Origin: Calditrichia bacterium
GTDB taxonomy: Bacteria > Calditrichota > Calditrichia > Calditrichales > J004
Length of the DNA: 64,000 nt
Assembly: GCA_020635035.1 (NCBI GenBank)
Contig: JACKAO010000006.1
Coordinates: forward strand, 57,583 to 121,582
Direction: 5' to 3'
Shown here: in pieces, positions 1-8,972 of the stretch
Numbering within the stretch: position 1 is the first letter of the stretch
Layout: every line of letters begins with the position of its first letter
Notes under the pieces: model-generated
The model's input: only the letters and a program-made list of their open reading frames with translations
The model's database searches: none
What the model was told of the DNA's origin: nothing
Position numbers and translations under genes: made by a program

Positions 1-1
1 A

Positions 2-619
2 AATCGTATACTTCTTTGTGCCCATTGGGATACACGTCCTTTTGCTGATCGTGATACACCGGAAAATCAGAACACGCCTATACCCGGTGCAAATGATGGC
101 GCCAGCGGGGTGGCTGTTTTACTGGAGATAGCCCGGCAGATGCACATGGCCAAGCCTGAAATAGGGGTGGATATCGTTCTGTTTGATGGAGAAGATTATG
201 GTCATGAAGGCCAGATAGAAAAATATTTTATAGGTTCACGTTATTTCTCTGAAAATCTTAAAGGATATAAACCGCGTTATGGAATCCTGCTGGATATGGT
301 TGGAGATGCACAGTTAAATCTGCCGATTGAGTATCAGTCGCAGCGCTATGCACCAAGAATTGTAGATAAAGTATGGTCTGCTGCAGAAAAGTTGAGTTAT
401 GCACAATTTGAAAGACGCATCGGCGCAGCAGTGAATGATGATCACATTCAATTAAATAAAGCAGGTATTCCAACCATTGATATTATTGATTTTGAATATC
501 CGGACTCCGGCCATAAATATTGGCACACTCTGCAGGATACTGCAGACAAATGCAGTCCGCAAAGCCTGAAAGCTGTAGGTCAAACCTTGTTGTATGTTTT
601 ATATAACGAAGAAGGCTAA
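2..619 (+). CDS. M28-family zinc peptidase / glutaminyl-cyclase-like protein (5' end cut by window edge)
   Basis: The frame of the listed ORF stays open back to the window edge (NRILLCAHWDTRPFAD...GANDGASGVAVLLE precedes the listed Met). HWD, DGASG and DGEDYG metal-ligand-type motifs are typical of M28 peptidases. Confidence 0.7.
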   Translation, partial: NRILLCAHWDTRPFADRDTPENQNTPIPGANDGASGVAVLLEIARQMHMAKPEIGVDIVLFDGEDYGHEGQIEKYFIGSRYFSENLKGYKPRYGILLDMVGDAQLNLPIEYQSQRYAPRIVDKVWSAAEKLSYAQFERRIGAAVNDDHIQLNKAGIPTIDIIDFEYPDSGHKYWHTLQDTADKCSPQSLKAVGQTLLYVLYNEEG

Positions 620-622
620 CAA

Positions 623-1477
623 ATGGATCAGAATGCCTGGGTTAAAATCCGCGTCAATGCCAATCCTAATCTGCTTGAAGTACTTTCACCTGTATTTTTT
701 GAACTTGGCTGCCAGGGAATCAATGAATTGAGTGATCATTTTCAATTATTCTTTGAGCAGAAGGACTGGACGAGTGATAAAAAACAGCAGCTGCTAGCAA
801 TTCTTGAAACATATGTTGTAGATGGGCCGGCTGAACTAAAAGTAGAAGATGTTCCATCAGAAGACTGGACAGAAAACTGGAAAAAGAATTTTAAACCGTT
901 CCGGCTGGGTGACAAAATCCTAATTCAGCCGGATTGGGAAAACCTGGTTCCCGGAGAAGGTGAGACAGTCATTACGATTGCACCAAAAATGGCTTTTGGA
1001 ACGGGGCATCATGAAACAACGAAACTGATATTGCAAATGCTGGAAAAGGTTGTTCATCCCGGTATGTCAGTCCTGGATGCGGGAACCGGCAGTGCCATTC
1101 TTGCCATATATGCAGCCATAAAAGGTGCAAATCCGGTGATGGCTTTTGATAACGATCCACTGGCAATAGAAAATGCTCTGGAAAACTGTACTCTGAATAA
1201 CGTTACTCATGTTAAGGCGGTGTGCGCAGAACTTAAAGACATTAAAGCCGAGCCGTATGATTTAATTGTTGCAAATATTAACCGCAATGTATTGCTGGAT
1301 CTGGCAGGCCCCCTGAAAGCGTATTCAAAAAAAACCGGTTGGCTGATATTATCCGGGTTACTCGTAACAGACCGTGAAGATATTCTGGGAAAATACAGGA
1401 CACAGGGCTGGGAATTGCTGAAGGAAGAAATGATGGGCGAATGGATGGCGCTGTTATTAAAAAATTCCGATGCGTAA
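623..1477 (+). CDS. prmA: ribosomal protein L11 methyltransferase
   Basis: 284 aa. GTGHHETT and VLDAGTGSAILAI (SAM-binding) motifs; PrmA-like length and layout. Confidence 0.85.
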   Translation: MDQNAWVKIRVNANPNLLEVLSPVFFELGCQGINELSDHFQLFFEQKDWTSDKKQQLLAILETYVVDGPAELKVEDVPSEDWTENWKKNFKPFRLGDKILIQPDWENLVPGEGETVITIAPKMAFGTGHHETTKLILQMLEKVVHPGMSVLDAGTGSAILAIYAAIKGANPVMAFDNDPLAIENALENCTLNNVTHVKAVCAELKDIKAEPYDLIVANINRNVLLDLAGPLKAYSKKTGWLILSGLLVTDREDILGKYRTQGWELLKEEMMGEWMALLLKNSDA

Positions 1478-2369
1478 AGCTGTTATTGATGTAGGCACAA
1501 ATTCAGTCCTTCTGCTTTGTGCGGAGACTGATAAAAATAAACCGATAAATATCTTAAAACAGGAATTTAGAATCAGCGGTCTTGGCACCGGAATGCAGGA
1601 AACAGGAATCCTGACTGATCATGCCATGGAGAAAACCCTGCAGTTGATTAAGAAAATGATTGAATCTTGTAAACAAACCGGAATAGACAATATTCGGATT
1701 ATTGGGACAGAAGCACTGCGTATAGCTCAAAACAGAGGCGAATTTTGCGAAATGGTTTTTACGGAATCAGGTTGCAGTATAGATATTATTTCCGGTGATG
1801 ATGAAGCGAAATATACATATCTAGGATCCATCGATGGTATATCAGCTGATAAGTTTATTGTTGCAGATGTTGGTGGTGGCAGCACGGAAATTATTTTAGG
1901 TGATAAGAATAATATCAGAAAATCATTTTCAGTAAAAATCGGGGCAGTTTTCCTGGCAGAAAAATTTACACTCTCTGAAAAACTGGATAGTATAACAACT
2001 AAAAGTATTTTGGATTACATAAAAAATCGTTTATCAGAAATATATTTTGAAGAGAACAATGCAGCGCTTATCGGTGTTGGTGGAACAATCAGTACTTTGG
2101 CAATGCTGCAGCAAAATTTGAGAGAGTACGATCCTAATTCTATTCATGGTTATTTACTGAATGCGGATCAAATTTGGCATTTATATAATAAAATAAACCG
2201 TTTATCTTATGAAGAACGGGTTAACCAGCTCCATATTGAAAAAGGCCGTGAGCAGTATATTTTATATGGTATTCTAATATTTATCGCACTAATGGAAATG
2301 TTTAATCAGCAGCAAATTGTAGCTTCAGATCGTGGTGTACGGTTTGGAGTAATTAAAACAGGAAAATAA
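1470..2369 (+). CDS. Ppx/GppA-family phosphatase (short form, no C-terminal HD domain)
   Basis: DVGTNS and DVGGGSTE actin-like ATPase phosphate-binding motifs. 8-nt overlap with prmA. Confidence 0.75.
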   Translation: MRKAVIDVGTNSVLLLCAETDKNKPINILKQEFRISGLGTGMQETGILTDHAMEKTLQLIKKMIESCKQTGIDNIRIIGTEALRIAQNRGEFCEMVFTESGCSIDIISGDDEAKYTYLGSIDGISADKFIVADVGGGSTEIILGDKNNIRKSFSVKIGAVFLAEKFTLSEKLDSITTKSILDYIKNRLSEIYFEENNAALIGVGGTISTLAMLQQNLREYDPNSIHGYLLNADQIWHLYNKINRLSYEERVNQLHIEKGREQYILYGILIFIALMEMFNQQQIVASDRGVRFGVIKTGK

Positions 2370-2373
2370 TTTT

Positions 2374-3525
2374 ATGGGTAAAAAGCTTTTTGTAATTGGT
2401 CTTTTGTCACTTTTAATATCGGCATGTGAAGATGAAAGCACAAGCGTTAAAGATACTTTTGATCCAATTGTAAAATCTGTACGTTTAGGCGAACGTTGGA
2501 ATATCAACAGCACGGATTCATCTATTGTTGAAGTTGCTGTCACCGACCCGCAAGGCAGTTCCGATCTAAAGAACATCATTGTCCAGGTGCTTGATCAAAG
2601 CAGCAATGTTATTTTCAGCGATTCACTCTATGACAATGGAGGAATTAACGGCTCTGGAGATATCGTAGCCGGTGATGGTGTCTTTCGAAATATGTTTTTA
2701 CCTACAGATATAAGTGCTGGTCCCGGTACATTTACATTTAACTTTGTTGTTGAAGATTTCGATGGAAATGACGCAGGCCCGCTGCAGCAGGATGTTCTTT
2801 TCGCCTTCAATACAGCACCTTCTGTATCGGATTTGCAGGCTCCGGATTCGCTTAAAAGCGGCTCACAGGCCGTAATAACAATTAAAGTATCCGATCCTGA
2901 TGGAAATACGGATATTCAAAACGTTGAGCTGGATCTGTTAAAAAATGGATTTTCAGTATTAGGCGAACCATTCTCCATGGCAGATGATGGAAATACACAG
3001 CGCAGTGGAGATATCCTTGCCGGGGATGGGATTTTTTCTTTTAAAATGGACTCAAGCTTCGCAGCGGGGAAGACGGGAAGTTATGGACTCAACTTCGTTG
3101 CAAGAGACAAAAGTGATGTTACCAGCGCAGCAATCGAACAGGAAATTTATCTTGAAAATAAAAAGGGAAGTATCCTTACTGTTTCCATGCCTGATACAGT
3201 AACCCGGCCGGCAAACATACCAATCCGGGTGAGAGTGAATGAACCACAGGGGCTGGCTGATATTCAGCGTGTTTATTGCGAATTACAGGCATCCGATGGT
3301 GTCTTTATTAGCGACGGACAGGGCGGTCATCTCAAGATAAATCTTTTTGATGATGGTGATGCCGGTGGTGCTCATGGAGATGTTCTTGCCGGTGATGGTA
3401 TTTTTTCGGTTATTCTATCCGTTGGTACAAATAATGTTGCGGATACATATACCTTTTATTTCTATATGTTAGACAAAGTTAATAACCTGAGTGATTCACT
3501 TACAGATACACTGGTTATTCAGTAA
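2374..3525 (+). CDS. lipoprotein with three tandem ~120-aa repeats (function unknown)
   Basis: Signal peptide plus lipobox (LLISAC). The motif GD(I/V)(V/L)AGDG(V/I)F recurs at nt 2656-2685, 3007-3036 and 3376-3405. Each copy is preceded by a (T/S/E)(D/P)P(Q/D)G..D(L/I)(K/Q) segment. Confidence 0.7.
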   Translation: MGKKLFVIGLLSLLISACEDESTSVKDTFDPIVKSVRLGERWNINSTDSSIVEVAVTDPQGSSDLKNIIVQVLDQSSNVIFSDSLYDNGGINGSGDIVAGDGVFRNMFLPTDISAGPGTFTFNFVVEDFDGNDAGPLQQDVLFAFNTAPSVSDLQAPDSLKSGSQAVITIKVSDPDGNTDIQNVELDLLKNGFSVLGEPFSMADDGNTQRSGDILAGDGIFSFKMDSSFAAGKTGSYGLNFVARDKSDVTSAAIEQEIYLENKKGSILTVSMPDTVTRPANIPIRVRVNEPQGLADIQRVYCELQASDGVFISDGQGGHLKINLFDDGDAGGAHGDVLAGDGIFSVILSVGTNNVADTYTFYFYMLDKVNNLSDSLTDTLVIQ

Positions 3526-3532
3526 TATCGGA

Positions 3533-5017
3533 ATGAGAAAGGAAAAAACTGTGGCAGTTTCCAAAAAATTATTTATTGTTTTAAACCTGATTTCGATATC
3601 AGCATTTGCTCAGATCGGTCTTAAAAAGAGTTTTCTGTTCAGCACGGAAGATGCGCAGGCAGCATCTGTTTTTCTGGGAAACGGAATTGTTGATATACTG
3701 GCTGTGGAAAACAGCGTCTGGGCTGCTACTGGTTATGGCTTAAATGTAAGTTTTGACCAGGGTACAACCTGGCAGGCATTTACTTCTGATGATTACCTGG
3801 CGAAAGGTGGCATATCCGCGTTAAATTTGATGGATGACAGTACCTTATGGATTGCATCGGCTTTCGATACAACTGCCCAGGATGAAGATTTGCCGGCTGG
3901 TGGCGGGCTGAGTTACACGCGGAATGGCGGACAAACCTGGACATTTGTTAAGCAACCTGTCGACAGTCGTAATGAAACAACGTATTCACCAACTACCACT
4001 ACCGTGCAAAATCTTACTTTTGATATTGCCTTTGTTGACAGCACAGTTTGGATTGCAAGCTTTGGTGGCGGGTTGCGCCGATCAGATGATATGGGGAAGA
4101 GCTGGCAGGTTGTTACAACCGACGGCGAACCATTTTCAAGCCTGGACTATTTAAATCACCGGGGGTTTTCCCTGGTAAGCGAGAATGGTAATTTGTGGTA
4201 TGGATCGGCCGATGGCATCAGCAAATCGGAAGATAACGGGCAGACATGGCAACGCTTTACACATCAGAACCAGGAATATCCGATCTCAGGAAACTTCGTC
4301 GTTGCCATGGCCTGGCAGGAAGCGACCAAAACATTATGGGCTGCCACAATTGAAGCGGTTGACCAGGGTGAAGTGCGTGCTGTTAGTAAAACCACAAACG
4401 GCGGATTAAGCTGGCAGGTTGTTCTGGAAGGCGTTTTCGCGCACAATTTTGGATTTGACGGCGAGACAGTTTTTGTAGCGGCCGATGAAGGACTTTTTAT
4501 TTCTGATGACAACGGGGCAAACTGGTACACAGCACCTCCAATCGTTGACTATAAAAACGGGGAAGAGATTTTAAGTAATGAATACTATTCCGCTGCATCT
4601 CAAGCGGACAGCACGGGCAACCGCTGGTGGCTGGGCAGCTCTGACGGATTGGCAACAACCAACGATCATGGAAACACATGGCAGGTTGTCCGTTCCTTTA
4701 TATCAACCAGGGAGAGAAGTAAGCCGCAAGTTTATGCCTATCCATCGCCATTTTCTCCTTCCCGCAGCGGCTATACCCGTTTTCAGTATGATATTAAATC
4801 AGACACACAGGTTGAAATAAAAATTTTCAATTTTGCTATGGAACAGGTTGTCACAATTAATGATAATGAAACGAATTTTGAAAATGGGTCTTATGACCGC
4901 AGTACCAAATGGGATGGTTGTGATGCTGTTGGTAAGCCTGTTGCCAGCGGTGTTTATTTCTTCCGTGCAAAGATCGGAAAAAAAGTAAGCTGGGGTAAAG
5001 TGGTTGTGATAAATTAA
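3533..5017 (+). CDS. BNR/Asp-box repeat (sialidase / Ycf48-like beta-propeller) protein with T9SS-type C-terminal sorting domain
   Basis: Seven S/T-x-D/N-x-G-x-(T/S)-W Asp-boxes (SFDQGTTW, RNGGQTW, SDDMGKSW, SEDNGQTW, TTNGGLSW, SDDNGANW, TNDHGNTW). C-terminus GVYFFRAKIGKKVSWGKVVVIN resembles FlgD-Ig/T9SS CTDs. Start moved to the Met at 3533, just after the upstream stop and followed by a signal peptide. Confidence 0.75.
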   Translation: MRKEKTVAVSKKLFIVLNLISISAFAQIGLKKSFLFSTEDAQAASVFLGNGIVDILAVENSVWAATGYGLNVSFDQGTTWQAFTSDDYLAKGGISALNLMDDSTLWIASAFDTTAQDEDLPAGGGLSYTRNGGQTWTFVKQPVDSRNETTYSPTTTTVQNLTFDIAFVDSTVWIASFGGGLRRSDDMGKSWQVVTTDGEPFSSLDYLNHRGFSLVSENGNLWYGSADGISKSEDNGQTWQRFTHQNQEYPISGNFVVAMAWQEATKTLWAATIEAVDQGEVRAVSKTTNGGLSWQVVLEGVFAHNFGFDGETVFVAADEGLFISDDNGANWYTAPPIVDYKNGEEILSNEYYSAASQADSTGNRWWLGSSDGLATTNDHGNTWQVVRSFISTRERSKPQVYAYPSPFSPSRSGYTRFQYDIKSDTQVEIKIFNFAMEQVVTINDNETNFENGSYDRSTKWDGCDAVGKPVASGVYFFRAKIGKKVSWGKVVVIN

Positions 5018-5059
5018 AGTACTTTTTGAATCTCATAGTTAAAGAATATTCGGGGAAAT

Positions 5060-6013
5060 ATGAAAAAAACTATTTTAATGATACTGCTTCTGGGAACTGT
5101 GATTTTTGCAAATGAAAATGCCCGTTTTGCAGGGTCGTTTACACGTTTAGGATTAGGTGCACGTTCTATTGCCATGGGAAACACCGGTGTTGCTGCTCCC
5201 GCACGCGGCTATTCGTTTTATTATAATCCGGCTCTCGCGGGTTTTAACAATCAGAAAATAATTTCAACCGGCTACAATTTTATGTCGCTTGACCGGCATA
5301 TTTACTTTTTAACTTTCGGGATGAAAGTCCCACCGGGCGCGGGATTATCACTTGGCTGGCTGCAAAGCGGTACCGGTGAACTGCGATCTTATAATTCAAT
5401 TGGTGAAGATACCGGCGAGATAAATCATTCGGCAAATGCATTCTATGGCAGTTTCTCCCGGCAGTTTTCTGATAAGTTTTCCATCGGATTGACAATTAAG
5501 GTTTTAATGGAATTCATTAACGACGGAACAAGTGCTTTTGATTATGAATCAACCGGTGTTGGAGGGGACTTTGGGGTTTTTTACCAGGCAACGGATAAAC
5601 TTGCGATTGGAGCTGTGTACAAAGACATTGGCTCGCGTTTAAAAGCCAATACAGAAAAAATATTTGAACGCGGTGGAACGACAATTGACGATTTTCCGCG
5701 CCTTTTCAGAATAGGTGCCTTTTATAACACACCACTGGAATGGCTTAATGTTGCTTACGATTATGAACTGAGCAGCAGGGGGCAGCACGACAATCATATA
5801 GGTTTTGAAGCAATTCATGGGCGCAATCTTGCACTGCGCATGGGTATAAATATTATGGACAGCGGTTCACCCCAGAGTTATACTCAAATGACTTTTGGTA
5901 CAGGATTTGACTTTAAATTATACAAATTTGTCACTCATTTGGATTATGCTTTTATATCATCGGTCATAGATGAAGGAAGCAGTCACCTGTTTTCGTGGGA
6001 GATTTATTTGTGA
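5060..6013 (+). CDS. PorV/PorQ-like outer-membrane beta-barrel protein
   Basis: Signal peptide. N-terminal ARSIAMGNTGVA motif, alternating beta-strand pattern and a C-terminal aromatic residue. Resembles T9SS PorV/PorQ-family barrels. Confidence 0.6.
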   Translation: MKKTILMILLLGTVIFANENARFAGSFTRLGLGARSIAMGNTGVAAPARGYSFYYNPALAGFNNQKIISTGYNFMSLDRHIYFLTFGMKVPPGAGLSLGWLQSGTGELRSYNSIGEDTGEINHSANAFYGSFSRQFSDKFSIGLTIKVLMEFINDGTSAFDYESTGVGGDFGVFYQATDKLAIGAVYKDIGSRLKANTEKIFERGGTTIDDFPRLFRIGAFYNTPLEWLNVAYDYELSSRGQHDNHIGFEAIHGRNLALRMGINIMDSGSPQSYTQMTFGTGFDFKLYKFVTHLDYAFISSVIDEGSSHLFSWEIYL

Positions 6014-6074
6014 TCATTTTATAGTGTTTTATTAACTTTATTAAAAACAATCAACTTTATTGAATGAGAATCTG

Positions 6075-6971
6075 ATGTTGAAAAAACTAGTTATTTTAAG
6101 TCTTGTGCTTGTATTTAATTCACTGCAGGCGCAGTCAAATACAGGCTTTGTTTTGCTCAAAATGGATGTGGATGCCCGCGCAGCCGCATTAGCGGGGGCT
6201 TACTCCGCGGTTCCAAATGATGCATCAGCCGCCTTCTGGAATCCCGCGGGTCTTTCACTTGCAGAAAACACAACCATAAATGTAATGCATAACGATTGGT
6301 TATGGGATATATCGCACAGTTTCGCGGCAGTCCAGTTTATTCAGGGAGAACATAACCTGGCATTATCAGTAAATTATCTGCAAATCCCGGGGATCGCGAT
6401 TCGCGGAACAACACCTACTGACGAACCGGCAGGTACAAGCGAAGCATATAATTTAGCTTTGGCACTCAGTTATGCCCGGGAGTATGAAAAGGACTGGCAT
6501 ATTGGTATCAGTGTAAAATATCTGTTCGAAAAATATTATTTTGTGTCTGCACCGGGCTGGGCATTAGACCTTGGACTAATCAGAAAAAATGTTTTTGAAA
6601 ATCTCGATTGGGGGATAACACTCCAGAACATTGGAAAAATGGCAGCTCTTGATAAGCAGGAAACTCCTTTACCGCTGATGATAAGGACAGGTATTGCTTA
6701 CCAGATTCCTGAGTTGCTTGATAATAATTTACGCATTATTTCCGATCTGTTGTGGATCAAAGATGAAAAGATGTATGTAAAATTCGGTCTTGAATATGCG
6801 ATAAGCGAATACCTGGTTATTCGTTCCGGGTTGAAAAATGGAAATGAAAATCTGTTATTCACAGCCGGACTGGGAATCAATTACCAGAGTTTTCATCTGG
6901 ACTATGCTTACGCACCGTTTGAATACGATTTGGGTTCATCAAACAGGATATCTGTTGGTTTAAGCTTCTAA
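6075..6971 (+). CDS. PorV/PorQ-like outer-membrane beta-barrel protein (paralog)
   Basis: DARAAALAGAYSAV...AAFWNPAGL motif typical of the PorV/PorQ family. Ends in ...VGLSF. I prefer the ATG at 6075 (MLKKLVILS signal peptide) over the TTG at 6060. Confidence 0.6.
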   Translation: MLKKLVILSLVLVFNSLQAQSNTGFVLLKMDVDARAAALAGAYSAVPNDASAAFWNPAGLSLAENTTINVMHNDWLWDISHSFAAVQFIQGEHNLALSVNYLQIPGIAIRGTTPTDEPAGTSEAYNLALALSYAREYEKDWHIGISVKYLFEKYYFVSAPGWALDLGLIRKNVFENLDWGITLQNIGKMAALDKQETPLPLMIRTGIAYQIPELLDNNLRIISDLLWIKDEKMYVKFGLEYAISEYLVIRSGLKNGNENLLFTAGLGINYQSFHLDYAYAPFEYDLGSSNRISVGLSF

Positions 6972-7055
6972 AAATATTAAATTTACCTGAAGAATTTTTA
7001 AAGAAATATATTAAGTATCCCGAAAGTATTAAAAATTTTAATTCGTATTATTTTT

Positions 7056-7514
7056 ATGAGTATCGGCATGGACGTCAAGATTAAAGAAATTCAGGAATTT
7101 GTAATAAATAAAACGCGGGAAAAATGGCTCTCAGATCCCCTTATTAAGCGTTTCCTTGGTTATAAAAACGATTCTTCTGTGAATTCTGCGTCTGAATATC
7201 CTGCATTCTCCCTAAACTATGAAATTTATCTTGGTAAAAAACTTATAGGTGATATAAAAGTTTTTGGCACTAAGAAGGACCTGAAAAAGAAAATGGCACA
7301 GATCCTTGTGGTTCTGGGTGAAGCTCGCGGAAAAGGACTGGGAAGCCAGGCCGTATCTTCATTGCTGGAAAAACTTAAAGATATGTACAAAACGGTCTAC
7401 TGTAATGTAAATCGTTATAACACCGCGAGTATAAAAATGCTCCGTAAAAACGGTTTTCTGATTAAGGATATCAAAGGCAGTGATGTTATTTTCTATAAAC
7501 GTCTTTCGTTTTAA
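7056..7514 (+). CDS. GNAT-family N-acetyltransferase
   Basis: 152 aa. R-G-K-G-L-G acetyl-CoA-binding motif (ARGKGLGSQAV). Confidence 0.6.
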   Translation: MSIGMDVKIKEIQEFVINKTREKWLSDPLIKRFLGYKNDSSVNSASEYPAFSLNYEIYLGKKLIGDIKVFGTKKDLKKKMAQILVVLGEARGKGLGSQAVSSLLEKLKDMYKTVYCNVNRYNTASIKMLRKNGFLIKDIKGSDVIFYKRLSF

Positions 7515-7556
7515 GCACCGCCGTCGATGTTTTTAAAAACAATACAATCTACAATA

Positions 7557-7585
7557 TTGACATATTTTATCGGTGTCTGTATATT
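7557..7585 (+). promoter_or_regulatory. sigma-70-type promoter for tRNA-Gln
   Basis: TTGACA (7557-7562), 17-nt spacer, TATATT (7580-7585), about 25 nt upstream of the tRNA 5' end. Confidence 0.5.
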
Positions 7586-7610
7586 ACCGGACTAATTTTG
7601 AAAATTTAGT

Positions 7611-7682
7611 TGGGGTGTAGCCAAGTGGTAAGGCAGCGGGTTTTGGTCCCGCCATTCCTAGGTTCGAGTCCTAGCACCCCAG
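7611..7682 (+). tRNA. tRNA-Gln (anticodon TTG)
   Basis: Hand-folded cloverleaf. Acceptor TGGGGTG/CACCCCA, anticodon stem GCGGG/CCCGC with loop TTTTGGT, T-arm CTAGG-TTCGAGT-CCTAG. No encoded CCA. Close to the E. coli tRNA-Gln pattern. Confidence 0.9.
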
Positions 7683-7691
7683 CTGTTATAA

Positions 7692-7717
7692 ATGCAAGCT
7701 TTGCTTGCATTTTTTTG
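7692..7717 (+). terminator. rho-independent terminator after tRNA-Gln
   Basis: Perfect stem ATGCAAGC/GCTTGCAT (7692-7699 / 7703-7710) followed by TTTTTT. Confidence 0.65.
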
Positions 7718-7745
7718 TAAAAAATTTTGAACAAGGAGCTGTGAA

Positions 7746-8375
7746 ATGTCGCAAGTCGTACTCTCTGCACAAAAAAGAGAAGATACCGGTAAAGCCTTTG
7801 CACGTCGTTCCCGCCGGGAAGGTCATGTTCCGGGGATTATGTATGGTGCTGAAAATGAAGCCACACCTATTATTGTTAATTCCATGGAATTAAATCGTCT
7901 GCTTCGCAAGCAGCATGCAATTATAACAGTAAATGTGGATGGCGAAGAAAAACAAGCCGTAATAAGAGAGTTACAATATCATCCGGTATCAGGAAATGTT
8001 TTACATATCGATTTTATGCGTGTTTCTGCCGGTCATGCTATCAAAGTAACTGTTCCTATTCATATTGTTGGTGAAGCAAAAGGTGCTAAATCCGGTGGTA
8101 TTTTTTCATCACAGAAAACAGAACTGGAAATTGAAGTTCTTCCACGATTCATGCCGGACAATATCTCTATTGATATCAGCCATCTTGAAATTGGAGATTC
8201 AATCCGGGTGAAAGACGTTCCGGCTGAAAACATTACTTTCCTGGATGATGAAGACGATCTTATTTGTCAGGTAGTTATGCCGCGTGCAGAAACTGAAGAG
8301 GAAGAAGATCTGCTTGATGAAGAAGCTGAAAAAGAACCTGAAGTAATTACTTCCCGCTCAGACGACGAGGAATAA
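7746..8375 (+). CDS. rplY: 50S ribosomal protein L25 / general stress protein Ctc
   Basis: 209 aa. N-terminal L25 pattern (R...GK...RR.R..G.VPG..YG), Ctc-type C-terminal domain and an acidic tail. AAGGAG precedes the ATG. Confidence 0.85.
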   Translation: MSQVVLSAQKREDTGKAFARRSRREGHVPGIMYGAENEATPIIVNSMELNRLLRKQHAIITVNVDGEEKQAVIRELQYHPVSGNVLHIDFMRVSAGHAIKVTVPIHIVGEAKGAKSGGIFSSQKTELEIEVLPRFMPDNISIDISHLEIGDSIRVKDVPAENITFLDDEDDLICQVVMPRAETEEEEDLLDEEAEKEPEVITSRSDDEE

Positions 8376-8392
8376 TATAAGATTGCAGTCTT

Positions 8393-8968
8393 GTGTTCTG
8401 TATTGTTGGTCTTGGAAATCCCGGCAGGAAATATATCCTGACAAGGCACAATGCCGGTTTTCTGGTATTAGATAATATTGCAGATGCTTTAAATATCCCC
8501 TTTAGCCCAGGCAAAGGGGATTATTATTTTCTGGAAACAGAGTTGGAAGGAAAATCAGCAATCCTTATTAAGCCAAGTACATATATGAATAATAGTGGCT
8601 TAATTTTTCAGCAATTGGAAAATAATTTCAATTTTAAAACGGATAAATTGTTGGTTGTATATGATGATTTTCACTTACCTTTTGGAACAATTCGTTTTCG
8701 TTCAAAAGGGTCAGATGCAGGTCACAACGGAATTAAATCAATCATTTATCATCTGCAAAGCGATCATTTCTCGCGTTTAAGGATTGGCATCGGCAGTGAT
8801 TTTGTTGTTTCGATCGATCATGTTTTATCTCCTTTCAATTCTTCAGAAATGACAAATTTGCAAGACATACTTGATGAAGCTTTTTCAGGAATAAAAACCT
8901 GGATGAAAAACGGAATACATACAGCTATGAATAATCATAATCGCAATGTTTTAGATAGAACGAGGTAA
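8393..8968 (+). CDS. pth: peptidyl-tRNA hydrolase
   Basis: GTG start. IVGLGNPG...TRHNAGF and GHNGIKSI motifs. Confidence 0.9.
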   Translation: MFCIVGLGNPGRKYILTRHNAGFLVLDNIADALNIPFSPGKGDYYFLETELEGKSAILIKPSTYMNNSGLIFQQLENNFNFKTDKLLVVYDDFHLPFGTIRFRSKGSDAGHNGIKSIIYHLQSDHFSRLRIGIGSDFVVSIDHVLSPFNSSEMTNLQDILDEAFSGIKTWMKNGIHTAMNNHNRNVLDRTR

Positions 8969-8972
8969 TTCA

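Noticed and set aside
3491-3532. Upstream start (3491) for the BNR protein, overlapping the lipoprotein gene.
   Set aside because: The Met at 3533 follows the upstream stop and is immediately followed by a signal-peptide-like segment.
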